Source: an uncultured Candidatus Rokubacteria bacterium
GTDB taxonomy: Bacteria > Methylomirabilota > Methylomirabilia > Rokubacteriales > CSP1-6
Length of the DNA: 64,000 bases
Direction: 5' to 3'
NCBI GenBank assembly: GCA_963754315.1
Contig: CAVWFS010000008.1
Coordinates: 352,001 to 416,000, forward strand
The notes beneath the pieces are model-generated. The model ran no database searches and was not told the DNA's origin. It was given only the letters and a program-made list of their open reading frames with translations. The first letter of the stretch is position 1. Each line of letters begins with the position of its first letter. The translations under genes were made by a program, and so were the position numbers. This document shows positions 29,009-39,193 of the stretch, one piece after another.

Positions 29009-29740
29009 CTAGACGCCCAAGTAGTATCGCTTGACGAGCTCGTTCTCCCGGAGCTCGGCGGTGCTGTGTCCCTCGAACTCGATCCGGCCGTGAACGATGA
29101 TGTAGCCCCGGTCGGCGATCTTGGTCGCCTGGTTGAAATTCTGCTCGGCCATCAACACCGTCAGCCGATGGCGCTCCTTCAGCTCCTTGATCTTCGCGAT
29201 GACCCGATTCACGAGGATGGGCGCCAATCCCACAGACGGCTCGTCGACGAGGAGGATCCGGGGCGATGACATGAGGGCCCGCGCCACGGCCAGCATCTGT
29301 TGTTCACCGCCACTCATGCTGCCCGCGAGTTGTCGTCGCCGCTCCCGGAGAATCGGAAATGCTTCGAAGCCGAAGGCTAGGTTGCGGGCGATATCGCGGC
29401 GAGCCTCCGCCCGGTAGGCCCCGAGCAAGAGGTTCTCCTCGACGGTCAGCTTTGGAAAGAGCCGCCGGCCCTCGGGAACCATGGCGATACCCAGGTCGAC
29501 AATTTCCTCCGTGGATTTCGTGGTGAGGTCGATCGGCCCGCCATCTGTCTCCAGGACGATCTGCCCCGCTTCCGGCCGCACCATCCCCATGATGCACTTG
29601 ATCAACGTGCTCTTGCCGTTGCCGTTGGTGCCGAGGAGGGCCACCGTCTCGCCCTCGCGGACCTCGATCGACACGCCGTGCAGTACGCGCACCGCACCGT
29701 AGCCGGCCTCCACGTCGCGCACGACGATCCTACTCGCCAA
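29009..29740 (-). CDS. Branched-chain amino acid ABC transporter ATP-binding protein (LivF-like)
   Basis: GTNGNGKST, VPEGRRLF and MSGGEQQM motifs. Confidence 0.92.
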   Translation of the reverse strand: MASRIVVRDVEAGYGAVRVLHGVSIEVREGETVALLGTNGNGKSTLIKCIMGMVRPEAGQIVLETDGGPIDLTTKSTEEIVDLGIAMVPEGRRLFPKLTVEENLLLGAYRAEARRDIARNLAFGFEAFPILRERRRQLAGSMSGGEQQMLAVARALMSSPRILLVDEPSVGLAPILVNRVIAKIKELKERHRLTVLMAEQNFNQATKIADRGYIIVHGRIEFEGHSTAELRENELVKRYYLGV

Positions 29741-30455
29741 GGTAGGCTTTCTCCACGGCCGGGTTTCTCACGATCTCGTCGGGAGTCCCCTCGGCAATCC
29801 GGGCGCCGGCATCGAGGACGACGATTCGCTCCGAAAAGCGCATCACCGCTCGCATGATGTGCTCGATCATGACGATGGTGATGCCCTGCGTGTTCAGACG
29901 GAAGAGGATGCTCAGAATGTCGTCCACCTCGGCGCTGGTCAATCCGGCCATCGCCTCGTCGGAGATGAGCAGCTTGGGCCGGGCCGCCATCGCGCGGGCC
30001 AGCTCCAGCTTGCGCATCTCGATCTGGGTCAGCCCGGCCGGTCGCAGATGCGCCTTGTCGCCGAGGCCTATCATGGTCAGAATTTCCCTGGCCTCGGCCG
30101 AGCTGTCGGCAGCCGAGGCTCGCTCGGCGGCCGCGTATTCCAGCGGGATCCCCAGGTTCTCGAGCACGGTCATGCTCGCGAACGGCTTCGGAATCTGGAA
30201 TGTGCGCACGATGCCGAGCCGGGTCCGTTGATGGGCGGCCAGGGTCGTGATGTCCCGGCCTCCGAAGAGGATCCGCCCGCCGTCGGCCGCCAGCGCGCCC
30301 GAGACACAGTTGATGAGCGTGGTCTTCCCGGATCCGTTCGGTCCGATCAGGCCGAAGCGCTCGCCGGCCTTGACGTGCAGGGTGACTCGATTGAGCGCAG
30401 TGAAGCCGCCGAAGAGTTTGGTGAGGCCGTCGACCTCGAGGAGCGCGCCGGCCAT
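29730..30455 (-). CDS. Branched-chain amino acid ABC transporter ATP-binding protein (LivG-like)
   Basis: FGGF, GPNGSGKTT, RTFQ, IEHIM and AYLG motifs. Confidence 0.92.
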   Translation of the reverse strand: MAGALLEVDGLTKLFGGFTALNRVTLHVKAGERFGLIGPNGSGKTTLINCVSGALAADGGRILFGGRDITTLAAHQRTRLGIVRTFQIPKPFASMTVLENLGIPLEYAAAERASAADSSAEAREILTMIGLGDKAHLRPAGLTQIEMRKLELARAMAARPKLLISDEAMAGLTSAEVDDILSILFRLNTQGITIVMIEHIMRAVMRFSERIVVLDAGARIAEGTPDEIVRNPAVEKAYLGE

Positions 30456-30456
30456 C

Positions 30457-31389
30457 TCAGCGCTCCCGCAAGCGCCGGAACAGGCCCACCAAGCCCTCGG
30501 GGGCGAGGATGACGAATGCGACGAGCACCACGCCGACGATGAGCAGATTCAACTCGGAGGAAATGGTCACCGTCGCTACCTGCTGGGCCGTTCCCAGGAT
30601 GACGGCGCCGATGACGGGTCCGATCCAGGTGGTTGTCCCGCCGATCATGGGCATGGCCAGCGCGTTGACCGCGTAATCGAGGTTGAAGGCGGACGAGGGT
30701 TCGACGTAGGTGACGTAGTACGGGAAGGGGGCGCCGGCCACTCCCAGGAAGAACCCGCTGACCGTGGTGGCGAACAGCTTCAGGCGCAGAGTGGGTACCC
30801 CCATGCACTCGGCCGCCTCCTCGTTGTCCCGCAGGGCGGCGAGACCGCGTCCGGTTCGGGAACGCTCGATGGCCCGCGCGATGACCACCGCGGCCACTGC
30901 CAGCACCAGCATCACCACGAAGAGAAACTTGACGTAGTTGCCGAAGGGGGGACCGGGCGGGCGAATGACCGTGTAGCCCTTGGCGCCTCCGACGTAGTCC
31001 CAGTTGATGATGAGCGTTTGCATGACGACGGAGAGGGCGAAGGTGGCAATCGAGAAGAAGACTCCGCGCAGGCGCAAGGTGAGGTATCCGATGCCGAGGC
31101 CGAGGAGGGCGGACACGGCGCCCCCGGCCAGGATCAGCACGGGGAGCGGCGCTCGCCACGCCTCGATGAGGAAGATCGCCGTGTAGGCCCCCAGCGCGAA
31201 GAAGGCGGGCGTGCCAAAGTTCACGTAACCGGCATAGCCTCCGAGGATGTTCCATGCGGTGGCGATCACGACGTACTGCAGAATGACGTAGGCGGCAAAG
31301 TAGAAGTACGGGTTCAGCTTGAGACCGGCCAGCAGGAATCCCAGGGCCACAACGGCCAGGGCCACCAGCAGCCGGGCGCTCGTCTTCAC
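30457..31389 (-). CDS. Branched-chain amino acid ABC transporter permease (LivM-like)
   Basis: WNILGGYAG, RLRGVFFSIAT and RDNEEAA motifs. Confidence 0.92.
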   Translation of the reverse strand: MKTSARLLVALAVVALGFLLAGLKLNPYFYFAAYVILQYVVIATAWNILGGYAGYVNFGTPAFFALGAYTAIFLIEAWRAPLPVLILAGGAVSALLGLGIGYLTLRLRGVFFSIATFALSVVMQTLIINWDYVGGAKGYTVIRPPGPPFGNYVKFLFVVMLVLAVAAVVIARAIERSRTGRGLAALRDNEEAAECMGVPTLRLKLFATTVSGFFLGVAGAPFPYYVTYVEPSSAFNLDYAVNALAMPMIGGTTTWIGPVIGAVILGTAQQVATVTISSELNLLIVGVVLVAFVILAPEGLVGLFRRLRER

Positions 31390-31390
31390 C

Positions 31391-32263
31391 TTATCGCCCG
31401 AAGAGCCCAGCCGGCCGCACCGCGAGGGCCAGCAAGAGAATCCCGAACGAAACGGCCTGAGACCAGGATGGCCCGAAGAATGTGGCGACCAGGCTCTCGG
31501 CCACCCCCAGGATCAAGGACGCCGTCAACATGCCGCCGATGCTCCCGAGGCCGCCCAGGACGGTGATGGCGAACACCCGGCCGATGTAGTCGCGGTCAGT
31601 GGAGGGCACGATGGGGGCGATCATGATGAGCAGTGCGCCGGCGAGGCCGGCGGCCGCGATACCGACGCCGAAAGCGATGGTCTTGATTCGGACGGGATTG
31701 GCACCCATCAGCTGAAGGGCGACGCGATCCTGGGAAACGGCCATCATGGCTCGACCGTAAAACGTCTTGGACAGGAACAGGTAGAGCGCCAGGGTCATGC
31801 TGATGCCGACCACGAATGGCACGAGCAGACGGAACGCGATCCCTACACCCCAGAAGTCGATCGACTTGCCGATGTAGGGAGCCTCCACCAGCCGGTAGTC
31901 AACGCCATACTTCAGGCTGAGGCCGACCTCGATGATGAAGAGCACGCCGAAGAAGAAGACCAACCCGCGCAGGGCCTCCTCGCCCCGCCGCTCGAAGCTG
32001 CCGTAGTAAATGCGATAGACGGCGGCCCCGATCACGTAGAACAGCGGCATCATCATCACGCCGGCGAGGATTGGGTCGGTGCCAAAGGAGTTGTTCATCA
32101 CATAGGCAGCGTAGCCTCCGAGGATGACGAAGGCCGGGTGGGCAATGTTGACCACGTCCAGAAGCCCGAAGGTGAGGGCGATGCCCAGGCTGACGGCGGC
32201 GTAGAAGCCTCCCAGCAGAAGCCCGGCGACGATCGCGTTGGCCAGCAGATCCCAGGAGAACAT
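31391..32263 (-). CDS. Branched-chain amino acid ABC transporter permease (LivH-like)
   Basis: GIALTFGLLDVVNIAH, LGGLGS and RPAGLFG motifs. Confidence 0.92.
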   Translation of the reverse strand: MFSWDLLANAIVAGLLLGGFYAAVSLGIALTFGLLDVVNIAHPAFVILGGYAAYVMNNSFGTDPILAGVMMMPLFYVIGAAVYRIYYGSFERRGEEALRGLVFFFGVLFIIEVGLSLKYGVDYRLVEAPYIGKSIDFWGVGIAFRLLVPFVVGISMTLALYLFLSKTFYGRAMMAVSQDRVALQLMGANPVRIKTIAFGVGIAAAGLAGALLIMIAPIVPSTDRDYIGRVFAITVLGGLGSIGGMLTASLILGVAESLVATFFGPSWSQAVSFGILLLALAVRPAGLFGR

Positions 32264-32275
32264 GTCGGGCGCGCA

Positions 32276-32330
32276 TCCACGCCGCGCGCGAACGCGCGTC
32301 CACCACGGGGCGCGGCCCGCGCGGCGTGGA
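32276..32330. other. Intercistronic stem-loop after the SBP gene
   Basis: TCCACGCCGCGCG...CGCGCGGCGTGGA 13-bp perfect inverted repeat. Confidence 0.7.
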
Positions 32331-32341
32331 GATCGCTTTCG

Positions 32342-33616
32342 CTATTTCTGGGCCGCGGAGTAGGGGTAGACCATGGTGCCCGACTTGAACTCGTCGGGGT
32401 AGAGGACGATCTTCTTGCCAGGCCCCCGGAACTGCTCGACGTCCGCTCCCTTGACGCCCCGGTACTGAACTTGGAGCACCCGCGACTTTGCCCACTCACC
32501 GTTCTGCCCGAACTTCACCTTGCCCACGATCGTGCTGAACTCGTTGGCGCGTATGAAGTCGGCCACCTTCTGCTGATCGAGACTCTTGGCCCCTTCGATG
32601 GCCAGGCCCAGGATCTGGATGGCCGAGTAGGCGTAGGGCGGCAGGTAGTACCCGAGGGTGTCCACGCCCGCTTCCTTCGCGCGCTTCTGGTACTCGGCGA
32701 AGAACTCCTTGATGCCGGGAAACATCATGGTCTGCTCGGGCGCCCAAAAGTCGTAGTTCACGATCCCGTTGAGCATCGGTCCCAGGCTCGTCATGATCGT
32801 CGTGAACTGCAGCCCCACCATGCCGCCCCCGAAGATCTTGGGCTGCAGGCCGACCTCGTGCGCCGCCCGGACCATCCCCACCGAGTCGGGCGGGTAGGAG
32901 GCCACGAACACGACGTCGGGATTCACGGCTTTGATGGCCCTGACGATCGGCGTGTAGTCGGCGGTGCTCGGTGGATACGATTTGTCGTACACGGTTTTCA
33001 TCCCGAACTTCTTGACGAGCACTCGGGCTCCATCGATGGCGTGCCGCGGATACTCGGCGTCGGCGCCCACCAGCGCTACCGTTTGTGGCCGCGGATTCTG
33101 CTTGGAGGCCAACTCGAAGAAGCCCGTCGCCCAGTTTGTCTCTGGGTCCGGCCCTGACGGTTGGATCTGGAAGTAGTTCGGATACTTGTACTTCTCGTTG
33201 TTGGCCAGGCCGAGGATGCCCATCAGGGTGAGCTTGCGCTCCATCACGATGGGCATGAGCGGCGCGATCAGGTTGGTGCCGTAGCCGGAGACCACGAAGT
33301 CCACCTTGTCGACCTCGAGGAGCTTCGTGTAGATCCCGGGCACGGTAGCCGGGTTGGTCTGGTCGTCGTAGAAGATCAGCTCCACCGGCCGACCGAGGAT
33401 GCCGCCCTTCTTGTTGACGTCGTCCTTCCAGATCTGCATCGCCATGAGGGCTGGCTTGCCGTTGGCGGACAGGCCGCCCGTCAATGCCATGCCGAGACCG
33501 ATCTTGATCGGGTCGGCGGCACGGGCTGGGAACGACCCCAGACTGGCGAGGACGATCACGCCAATGATGGTCACGACCACAATCCACGACATCCCAAAAC
33601 GGTAGGGAAGTCTCAT
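32342..33616 (-). CDS. Branched-chain amino acid ABC transporter substrate-binding protein
   Basis: Signal peptide (ARA-A); IKIG..ALTG and GGILGRPVELIFYDD motifs; start uncertain. Confidence 0.9.
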   Translation of the reverse strand: MRLPYRFGMSWIVVVTIIGVIVLASLGSFPARAADPIKIGLGMALTGGLSANGKPALMAMQIWKDDVNKKGGILGRPVELIFYDDQTNPATVPGIYTKLLEVDKVDFVVSGYGTNLIAPLMPIVMERKLTLMGILGLANNEKYKYPNYFQIQPSGPDPETNWATGFFELASKQNPRPQTVALVGADAEYPRHAIDGARVLVKKFGMKTVYDKSYPPSTADYTPIVRAIKAVNPDVVFVASYPPDSVGMVRAAHEVGLQPKIFGGGMVGLQFTTIMTSLGPMLNGIVNYDFWAPEQTMMFPGIKEFFAEYQKRAKEAGVDTLGYYLPPYAYSAIQILGLAIEGAKSLDQQKVADFIRANEFSTIVGKVKFGQNGEWAKSRVLQVQYRGVKGADVEQFRGPGKKIVLYPDEFKSGTMVYPYSAAQK

Positions 33617-33672
33617 AGGTTCATCCCTCACTCTCTGCATGCTTGCCGGGGAGCTGGCTCGATGGCTGACGA

Positions 33673-33701
33673 ACCTTATATGGGACCAGCAGCGACGTCA
33701 A
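33673..33701 (-). promoter_or_regulatory. Putative sigma70 promoter of the liv-like operon
   Basis: TTGACG-17 nt-TAAGGT on the minus strand. Confidence 0.55.
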
Positions 33702-33750
33702 GGCAAGACGGTGACGTGATCCCTGAGCGCTCGACCTTGGGGACCTGACG

Positions 33751-35541
33751 TCACTTGGTGGACGCCGAGCGCCGGTGCGTGCCCCGGAACCGATCGGTTG
33801 CCGCGAGGTCCACCGCGAGTGGCTCGCCGGCGAGTACCACGCCGTAGTCGCGGGCGGCGTCCTCCACCGTGAAATACCCACGCGCCACGTCGCGCCGCAC
33901 CATTTCGGGGTCGCGCGAGAGTGGATCGCCGTAGCCTCCACCCCCCGGGGTGCGCACGTGCACGGTGTCGCCGGCTCCCATGCGGATGTCCTCGTCCTTG
34001 GACCAATGCGGCGACCGATAGACGTTGCCCTGGCGCTCGACCACGACCTCGTTGGAGGCTCCGTCTCGGCCGCCCAGGAGACCAGGGGGCCCGAAGCGTC
34101 CGTGGTCCATCAGAAAAGAGAGCAGCGCCTCGCCCCGCCGGATTCGCACTCGATAATCGACGCCGAAGCCCCCGCGCGTGCGGCCGGCCCCGCCCGAGCG
34201 CTCGCGCAGCGCGTACTGCTCGAAGAGGATCGGATAGTGCTGCTCCAGCACCTCGGCGGGCTGGGTCTTGGAGATGCCGATAGTGGAGCAGCCATTGGTG
34301 AGGCCGTCGTCCTCGGCGCTGCCGCCGTAACCGCCGCCCGAGAAGACGTACATGATGTAGTGGCGCTCTTTCAACGGGTCGAAACCACCCAAGGTCAGGT
34401 TGCCGCTGGTGCCGGCGGGAGCCGCGAAGAGGTCGTCGGGGATGGCCCGCGCCAACGTGCTGAAGACGCTCTCGGCGATGCGCGAGCTGACCTCGGCCGC
34501 GCACCCCGAGACGGGTCGGGGGTAGCGGGCGTAGAGGAACGTCCCATGCGGATCGGTGATCTTGAGCGGCTCGAAGCAGCCAGCGTTGATGGGCACGTCG
34601 GGGAAGATGTGCTTGATAGCCAGATAGACGGCCGCCTTGGTCGTGGCGATGACGCTGTTGAGGGGACCCCGGCACGGCGGGCTCGACTCCGAGAAATCGA
34701 AGTGAAGATCCGTCCCCTCCTTCTTGATGGTCAGGCGGATGGCCAGGGGGTCGGGGTCAATGCCGTCGGAATCCACGAAGGCCTCGCCGCCGTAGACGCC
34801 GTCAGGGATCTTGGCGATGTGGGCGCGCATCATCTGCTCCGAGCGTCGGCGCAGTTCCACAATGCACGCGGCGACGGTGTCGGCCCCATAGCGGTCGAGC
34901 AGCGTGGTGAGCCTCCGCTCGCCAACGGTGAGGGCCGCCACCTGGGCCTTGATGTCGCCGATCCGCTCCTCGGGCACGCGGATGTTGGCGAGGACGATCT
35001 GGAGGATGTCGTCGTCCATCACCCCGGCCCGGAAGAGCTTCACGGGAGGTAGGCGCAGTCCCTCCTGCTGGACCTCCGTGGCTCGCGTGGAGAAGCCGCC
35101 GGGAACAGACCCGCCGGTGTCGGGCCAGTGGCCGGTGTTGGCCAGCCACGCCCAGTGCTGCCCTCCATAAAAGAACGGCTTGACCATCTTGACGTCCATC
35201 AGATGCGTCCCGCCGCAGTACGGGTCGTTGACGAGGAAGATGTCGCCCGGCGCGAGATCGCGCGCGCGCTCGATGACCGCCCGCGTGGTGAACTGCATGA
35301 CGCCCACGAAGATGGGCAGCCCCAGTTCGCCCTGGGCGATGACGTCGCCGGTGTCGCGGTCGTATATGCCGTCGGAACGGTCGAAGCCCTCGGAGATGAC
35401 CGGTGAGAAGGCGGCGCGCTCGAACGTGAGATCCATCTCGCTGGCCACCTGCTGCAGGCCGTTCTGGACGACGACGAGGGTGACCGGGTCGATCGGCTGC
35501 TGTTTGACGGCCGCACCGCCACCGAGCGCACTCTGGACCAT
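33751..35541 (-). CDS. Hydantoinase B/oxoprolinase family protein
   Basis: DPVTL, AFSPVI, NDPY.GGTHLMD, HWPDTGG and PGGGGYGDP motifs. Confidence 0.93.
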   Translation of the reverse strand: MVQSALGGGAAVKQQPIDPVTLVVVQNGLQQVASEMDLTFERAAFSPVISEGFDRSDGIYDRDTGDVIAQGELGLPIFVGVMQFTTRAVIERARDLAPGDIFLVNDPYCGGTHLMDVKMVKPFFYGGQHWAWLANTGHWPDTGGSVPGGFSTRATEVQQEGLRLPPVKLFRAGVMDDDILQIVLANIRVPEERIGDIKAQVAALTVGERRLTTLLDRYGADTVAACIVELRRRSEQMMRAHIAKIPDGVYGGEAFVDSDGIDPDPLAIRLTIKKEGTDLHFDFSESSPPCRGPLNSVIATTKAAVYLAIKHIFPDVPINAGCFEPLKITDPHGTFLYARYPRPVSGCAAEVSSRIAESVFSTLARAIPDDLFAAPAGTSGNLTLGGFDPLKERHYIMYVFSGGGYGGSAEDDGLTNGCSTIGISKTQPAEVLEQHYPILFEQYALRERSGGAGRTRGGFGVDYRVRIRRGEALLSFLMDHGRFGPPGLLGGRDGASNEVVVERQGNVYRSPHWSKDEDIRMGAGDTVHVRTPGGGGYGDPLSRDPEMVRRDVARGYFTVEDAARDYGVVLAGEPLAVDLAATDRFRGTHRRSASTK

Positions 35542-35600
35542 GGCCGGGAGTCTACCAGAGTGAACGCGATGGCAGCGCGACCGTCGAGTCTTCCACGTGA

Positions 35601-35765
35601 GAGAGTCGGATCGCCTATGCGGACCGGGCGCTCACGCGTGCTCGAACCAGGAGTGAACGACGGCTCGAGGCTTTCGCCCTCCACGTACTAGGTGAGATCG
35701 CCTGCCAGCAAGAGCGGAGCGGCTCCGGTGCCGAGGAGCGCTACCGGGAGGCGCTCATTCTGGAT
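35601..35765 (+). pseudogene. Remnant resembling the TPR-like C-terminus of cyclase/AAA-TPR proteins
   Basis: Start-less frame IAYADRALTRARTRSERRLEAFALHVLGEIACQQ..AEERYREALIL. Confidence 0.5.
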
Positions 35766-35851
35766 ACTGACGTCTCGCGACGCCGTGCCTCATGGGCTAC
35801 CAGACGTGCGAGGTCGTTGGGGAGGGAAATTGTTGTGTGTGATACCAGCCG

Positions 35852-37891
35852 TCACCCCGCTCTCACCGCGATCTCGAGGTTGCCGAGGGCGTCCACCCGC
35901 GCGCCATCGCCTGGCTCGATGACCGTGGTGGCGTCGAGCTGCTCAACGATGGCGGGGCCCGTCAGTGTTGCGCCGACGGACAGTTGCTCGCGCCGGTAGA
36001 TCGGTGTGTCGCGCCACCCCCCTTCGAACCACACCCGCCGCGTGCTGGTCGACCCACCGGCTCCGGCGACGCCGACCAACCCGTCAAGGGCAATAGGCCG
36101 GCGTCGTCCGATGACAGCGGTGCGCAAGCTCATGACCACCGCCCGCATCTCGCGTAGCTCTACACCAAAACGCTCCAGGTAGGCGCGCTCGAACGTGTCG
36201 GCGAGCTCCTCGCGCGACACGTTCGTGCCGGCGATGGGCACCGTGAGCACATGGGTCTGACCGGCAAACTGCATGTCGGCCTCGTGCTGCACAGTCACCG
36301 TCTCGACCTCGACACCTTCGGTGGCGAGTAGCCGGCGCCCCTCGGCGATCTGGGCGGCCAGGATCGCCCGCGCGTCCGCCACATCCATACGCAGCAGGCC
36401 TTGATTGATCGTCCGCACGAAGTCGTGCCGCACGTCTGCCACCAGGCAGCCGAAGGCCGACGTGATGCCAGGCCGTGCCGGCACCAGAACCTTGGGGATT
36501 GCCAGCTCGCGCGCGAGGGCCACAGCGTGGAGAGGACCGGCGCCGCCGAAGGCGAACAAGACAAAATCGCGCGGGTCGCGTCCACGCTGGAGCGACACCA
36601 GCCGGATGGCGCCCGCCATCTTGTCGTTCGCCACGCGGACGATGGCGGCGGCCGCCGCCACCGGATCGAGGCCCAGGTGAGCGCCAATCTTCTTGTCGAC
36701 GGTCTCGGCCACCAGATCGAGACGCGCGCCTCCCGCGACGCCGAGAAGGCCCCCTGGGTTGAGCCGGCCCAGGAGCAGGTTGGCGTCGGTGATGGTGGGC
36801 TGCAGACCGCCGCGACCAAACGCGATGGGTCCGGGCTCGGCCCCCGCGCTTTCCGGGCCCACCTGCAGGATCCCCGCGTTCGACACGCGGGCGACAGAGC
36901 CACCGCCCGCGCCGATGGTGTGGATGTCGATCATGGGCACACGCACGGGCAGACCGTAGCCCATCTCCTTGTCGGCGCTCACCGCGGGGACACCTCCCAC
37001 GATCACCCCGACGTCGAAGCTCGTACCGCCCATGTCGCACGAGATCACGTTGGGGTGGCCGGCAGCCAGCGCCGTGAAGGCCGCGGCCATGACACCGGCT
37101 GCCGGCCCCGACATGAGCGTGTTGACGGCATGGCGGGCGGCCACATCGACGGACATGGTGCCACCGTTGCCCTGCATCACCAGGAGCTGGTGCGCGTAAC
37201 CCTGACGCGCGAGCTCGCCGGCCAACCGGCGCAGGTAGCGGTCGATCACCGGCTGGACGAAGCCGTTGATAGCCGCCGTGGTCCCGCGCTCGAACTCCCG
37301 GTACTCCGGGAGCAACTCGGCGCCCGCCGTCACATAGGCGTTCGGCCATTCGGCGGCGGCTACCTCGCGCGCGCGGCGTTCGTGCGTGTCGTTGACGTAC
37401 GAGTGGATGAAGTGAATCACCAGCGCCTCGACGTCGTGCTCGCGCAGCCAGGCGGCGGCGCGACGCACTTCCTCCTCGTCGAGGGCGGTCACCACCTGGC
37501 CCTCGGCGTCGATCCGTTCGGGGACTTCCAGGCGTAGCTCGCGCGGGATCAATGCCTCGAACGTGCCCTTGAGCCCGTAAGGAGTGGGTCGCGTGCGCCG
37601 ACCCAGCTCCAGGACGTCGCGGAACCCGCGCGTGGTGATGAGCCCGGTGCGCGCGCCCTTGCGCTCGAGGAGGGCGTTGGTGGCGGTGGTGGTCCCGTGC
37701 ACGACGATCTTCAGGTCGGCGGGCCGGGCGGCCGCCTCGGCCAGCGCAGCCAGGACGCCGTCCGCCTGATTGCGAACGGTCGTCGGCACTTTGGCGACTC
37801 GCACGGCGCCGTTGGCCTCGTCGAACAGGACGAGATCGGTGAACGTGCCGCCCACGTCCACGCCGACTACCAGCGTCTGCCCGAGCGCCAT
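35852..37891 (-). CDS. Hydantoinase A/oxoprolinase family protein
   Basis: VDVGGTFTD, HGTTTATN, SGPAAG, DMGGTS, IGAGGGS and FGGAGPLH motifs. Confidence 0.94.
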   Translation of the reverse strand: MALGQTLVVGVDVGGTFTDLVLFDEANGAVRVAKVPTTVRNQADGVLAALAEAAARPADLKIVVHGTTTATNALLERKGARTGLITTRGFRDVLELGRRTRPTPYGLKGTFEALIPRELRLEVPERIDAEGQVVTALDEEEVRRAAAWLREHDVEALVIHFIHSYVNDTHERRAREVAAAEWPNAYVTAGAELLPEYREFERGTTAAINGFVQPVIDRYLRRLAGELARQGYAHQLLVMQGNGGTMSVDVAARHAVNTLMSGPAAGVMAAAFTALAAGHPNVISCDMGGTSFDVGVIVGGVPAVSADKEMGYGLPVRVPMIDIHTIGAGGGSVARVSNAGILQVGPESAGAEPGPIAFGRGGLQPTITDANLLLGRLNPGGLLGVAGGARLDLVAETVDKKIGAHLGLDPVAAAAAIVRVANDKMAGAIRLVSLQRGRDPRDFVLFAFGGAGPLHAVALARELAIPKVLVPARPGITSAFGCLVADVRHDFVRTINQGLLRMDVADARAILAAQIAEGRRLLATEGVEVETVTVQHEADMQFAGQTHVLTVPIAGTNVSREELADTFERAYLERFGVELREMRAVVMSLRTAVIGRRRPIALDGLVGVAGAGGSTSTRRVWFEGGWRDTPIYRREQLSVGATLTGPAIVEQLDATTVIEPGDGARVDALGNLEIAVRAG

Positions 37892-37979
37892 GAGTTGTTC
37901 GTGTACCGCGTGGCCCGCACGAAGTCAATCACGCCGGCCCGGCCGGGCCGCCCCGCGCCCGTGGTAGGATCACCTGAGC

Positions 37980-39182
37980 ATGCAATTCGGGTTGCTCTAC
38001 GAAGCCCAGCGTCCGTTCACGGGCACCACGGTCGATTGGAACCTCCTCTACAAGGAGACGCTGGAACAGTGCGTGCTGGCGGAGAAGGTTGGCTTCGATA
38101 ACCTGTGGTTCGTGGAGCATCACTTCCTCACCGGGTTCTCGGGCTCGCCCTGCCCCGAAGTCCTCCTGGGAGCCCTGAGCCAGCTGACCACGCGGATCCG
38201 GATCGGGTTCGGGGTGTGCATCCTGCCGTATCACCATCCCGTGCGGGTGGCCGAGCGCGCTGCCATGCTCGATCAGCTGACCGATGGCCGTCTCGAGTTC
38301 GGGACCGGGCGCTCCAATGCCTACGAGCAGATCGGGCAGGGGATCGACCCCCGCGACACGCGCGCGATGTGGGAGGAGTCCATCACCATGCTCCCTCGCA
38401 TCTGGCAGTCCGACGAGTTTTCCTGGGAAGGAAAGTTCTGGACGGTGCCGACGCGTCGGGTGTTGCCGAAGCCCTATCAGCGGCCCCATCCGCGCCTGTA
38501 TCTGGCCTGCACGCAGACGGAGAGCTTCGACGTGGCAGCCGAAAAGGGGATCGGCGTGCTGTCGTCCGCGACCTATGCCACGTCCATCCTGGCCGAGCAC
38601 GTCCGGCGCTATCGCGCCAGAGTCAAGCAGGCCACGCCCGTGGGCGCCGTCGTCAATGAGTTCTGGGGTAACAACGTCCATGCCTTCTGCGGGGAGAACA
38701 ACCGGGAGGCACGTGAGCTGGCCGCCAACTCGCTCAAGACGTTCTTCGGCCCCGACAAGCCGTACATCCGCGACCGGGTGAACGCCTACGAGCAGCTGCT
38801 CGACTCGTGGGGCGGCGTGCCCGACCATTTGAAGGCCGATTTCGGTCGATGGCTGCGGCAGTCCGACGAGGCGCACCGGGAACAGGCCGCCCAGGTCGGT
38901 ATCTCCCTTGACAGTGGCCCCGGCGCGGCCCGGGCCGCCTTCGGCCAGATGGATCCCGACACGCTCTGTGATCGCGGCATCATCCTGGCCGGCGATCCGG
39001 ATAGCTGTATCAGGGGTGTTCAACTGTACGAGGAGGCTGGAGTCGATCAGGTCATCTTGATCACCCAGACGGAAACCATCCCGCACGAGCGCGCGTTGCA
39101 CTCCATCGAGATGTTCGGCCGACACGTGATTCCGGCCTGCCGCGCGGAAACCCGCACGAAGTCCATCGCGGCCGGAGTGTAG
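37980..39182 (+). CDS. LLM-class flavin-dependent oxidoreductase
   Basis: GFDNLWFVEHH, HPVRVAE, GRLEFGTGR and PKPYQRPHP motifs. Confidence 0.92.
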   Translation: MQFGLLYEAQRPFTGTTVDWNLLYKETLEQCVLAEKVGFDNLWFVEHHFLTGFSGSPCPEVLLGALSQLTTRIRIGFGVCILPYHHPVRVAERAAMLDQLTDGRLEFGTGRSNAYEQIGQGIDPRDTRAMWEESITMLPRIWQSDEFSWEGKFWTVPTRRVLPKPYQRPHPRLYLACTQTESFDVAAEKGIGVLSSATYATSILAEHVRRYRARVKQATPVGAVVNEFWGNNVHAFCGENNREARELAANSLKTFFGPDKPYIRDRVNAYEQLLDSWGGVPDHLKADFGRWLRQSDEAHREQAAQVGISLDSGPGAARAAFGQMDPDTLCDRGIILAGDPDSCIRGVQLYEEAGVDQVILITQTETIPHERALHSIEMFGRHVIPACRAETRTKSIAAGV

Positions 39183-39193
39183 AGGAGGGTGCC

